From Caulobacteraceae bacterium (lineage in GTDB: Bacteria > Pseudomonadota > Alphaproteobacteria > Caulobacterales > Caulobacteraceae): a stretch of 64,000 nucleotides of DNA. Below the pieces are notes generated by a model. The model did no database searches. It had not been told where the DNA came from and saw only the letters and a program-made list of their open reading frames with translations. Location: assembly GCA_036502045.1 (NCBI GenBank), contig DASXZG010000081.1:22599-86598 (forward strand). Reading direction: 5' to 3'. The translations under genes and the position numbers were made by a program. Below, in pieces: positions 62,909 to 64,000 of the stretch; positions within the stretch are counted from its first letter, which is position 1, and every line of letters begins with the position of its first letter.

Positions 62909-64000
62909 ATGGCCGACACCCTCACCGCCGACGTCACCGACAAGGCCCTGCGCGACGAAGTGCGCGCCTGGCTGGCCGACAACTGGAAAGGCCTGCCGCC
63001 GCGCCCCGCCCGCGAAGGCGGCCCCGGCTGGGGCGTCAGCCCGGAGCAGAAGGCGTGGATGGCCAAAGTGGTCGAGGCCCGCTGGGCCGTGCCGCGCTGG
63101 CCCACCGAGTGGTACGGCCGAGGCCTCCCTGACCCGCAGGCACGCATCGTCGAGCGCGAGTTCGCCGCGGTCGGCGCACCCGGGACCGGCCAGGACCGTT
63201 CCAACCTCTGGGCCAACACCGCGCTGGCCTACGCGACGCCCAGCTTCAAGGCGAAGATCATCCCGCAGCTGCTAAAGAGCGAAGTCGGCATGTGCCTGCT
63301 TTACTCGGAGCCCGGCGCCGGGTCGGACCTGGCCGGCGTGCGCACCCGCGCCGACCTGAAGGGCGACCACTATGTCGTCAACGGCCAGAAGGTGTGGACC
63401 TCGGGCGCCGCCACCGCCGACTACGGCATGCTGATCGCCCGCACCGACTGGGACGTGCCCAAGCATCGCGGTATCAGCTTCTTCTTCTGTCCGATGAAGC
63501 AGCCCGGCGTGGAAGTGCGGCCGCTGCGCCAGATCACCAACGAGAGCCAGTTCAACGAGGTGTTCATCACCGACGCCATCGTGCCGGCGGAGAACCTGCT
63601 GGGGCCGCTGAACGCCGGGTGGGGCGTGTTGCAGACGGCGCTCGCCTACGAGCGCTCGGTCATGGGCGACGGCGGGCGCGGGCCGCGCAGCGGCGTCGCC
63701 GAAGCCGCCAAGGGCGAAGAGCCGCTGATCGGTCTCGCCCGTGAAGCCGGCGTGCTGGACAACCCGCTGATCCGCCAGGAGATCGCCAAGGTGATCGCCT
63801 ATCGCCGGCTCAACGCGCTCAACGCCGCCAGAGCCAAGGCCGACCTGGCGCAAGGCACCTCGTCATCGATCATGAGCCTCGGCAAGCTGGCCATGAGCCG
63901 CATCCTGCACGAGGAAGCGCGGGTGCGGACGCTGATCCTGGGCGCCGGCAGCCTGCTGGAAGGCCCGGACTATCCGCGCGCCGAGGACGCCAACTTCCTG
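62909..64000 (+). CDS. Acyl-CoA dehydrogenase (catalytic alpha-type), running off the right edge
   Basis: Manual translation from ATG 62909: MADTLTAD...YSEPGAGSDLA, NGQKVWTS, FNEVF, LAYERS. Confidence 0.9.
   Translation, partial: MADTLTADVTDKALRDEVRAWLADNWKGLPPRPAREGGPGWGVSPEQKAWMAKVVEARWAVPRWPTEWYGRGLPDPQARIVEREFAAVGAPGTGQDRSNLWANTALAYATPSFKAKIIPQLLKSEVGMCLLYSEPGAGSDLAGVRTRADLKGDHYVVNGQKVWTSGAATADYGMLIARTDWDVPKHRGISFFFCPMKQPGVEVRPLRQITNESQFNEVFITDAIVPAENLLGPLNAGWGVLQTALAYERSVMGDGGRGPRSGVAEAAKGEEPLIGLAREAGVLDNPLIRQEIAKVIAYRRLNALNAARAKADLAQGTSSSIMSLGKLAMSRILHEEARVRTLILGAGSLLEGPDYPRAEDANFL

Overview
A GC-rich alphaproteobacterial chromosome segment, most likely from the Caulobacteraceae (Caulobacter/Phenylobacterium-like). 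That assignment rests on gene content and order, a GcrA-family gene, CtrA-like and EcfG-like promoter motifs, and CIR-type repeats. The backbone is housekeeping: feoAB, parC, the folK-rpoZ-spoT-pdxJ-acpS-lepB-rnc-era-recO cluster, NYN-udg, smpB-dapA-slt, a BtuFCD/FecBCD-type ABC transporter, rRNA methyltransferases and hrpB, an OmpR-family two-component pair, a TetR-controlled NodT-EmrA-EmrB pump, and a CoA-dependent catabolic cluster running off the right end. The conserved cluster is interrupted at three junctions by accessory genes. One insert is a divergent GcrA paralog operon (gcrA-like, degenerate SDR-fold gene, 82-aa gene) with a near-consensus CtrA box, which I rank as the best candidate for an undescribed system. 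Another insert holds two toxin-antitoxin-type pairs plus an SRAP gene. Other points of interest: a single-ORF EgtB-EgtD fusion converging on a KGG stress gene, both with EcfG-like promoters; a ParB-like gene paired divergently with a secreted phosphoesterase; a GT1-EthD-S9 peptidase operon; a head-to-head folK/NYN start overlap; and a 57-aa membrane protein absent from the ORF track. I saw no rRNA, tRNA, CRISPR array, integrase or transposase. All calls come from reading motifs by eye; no database searches or computations were run, and most long ORFs in the track are antisense or frame shadows.
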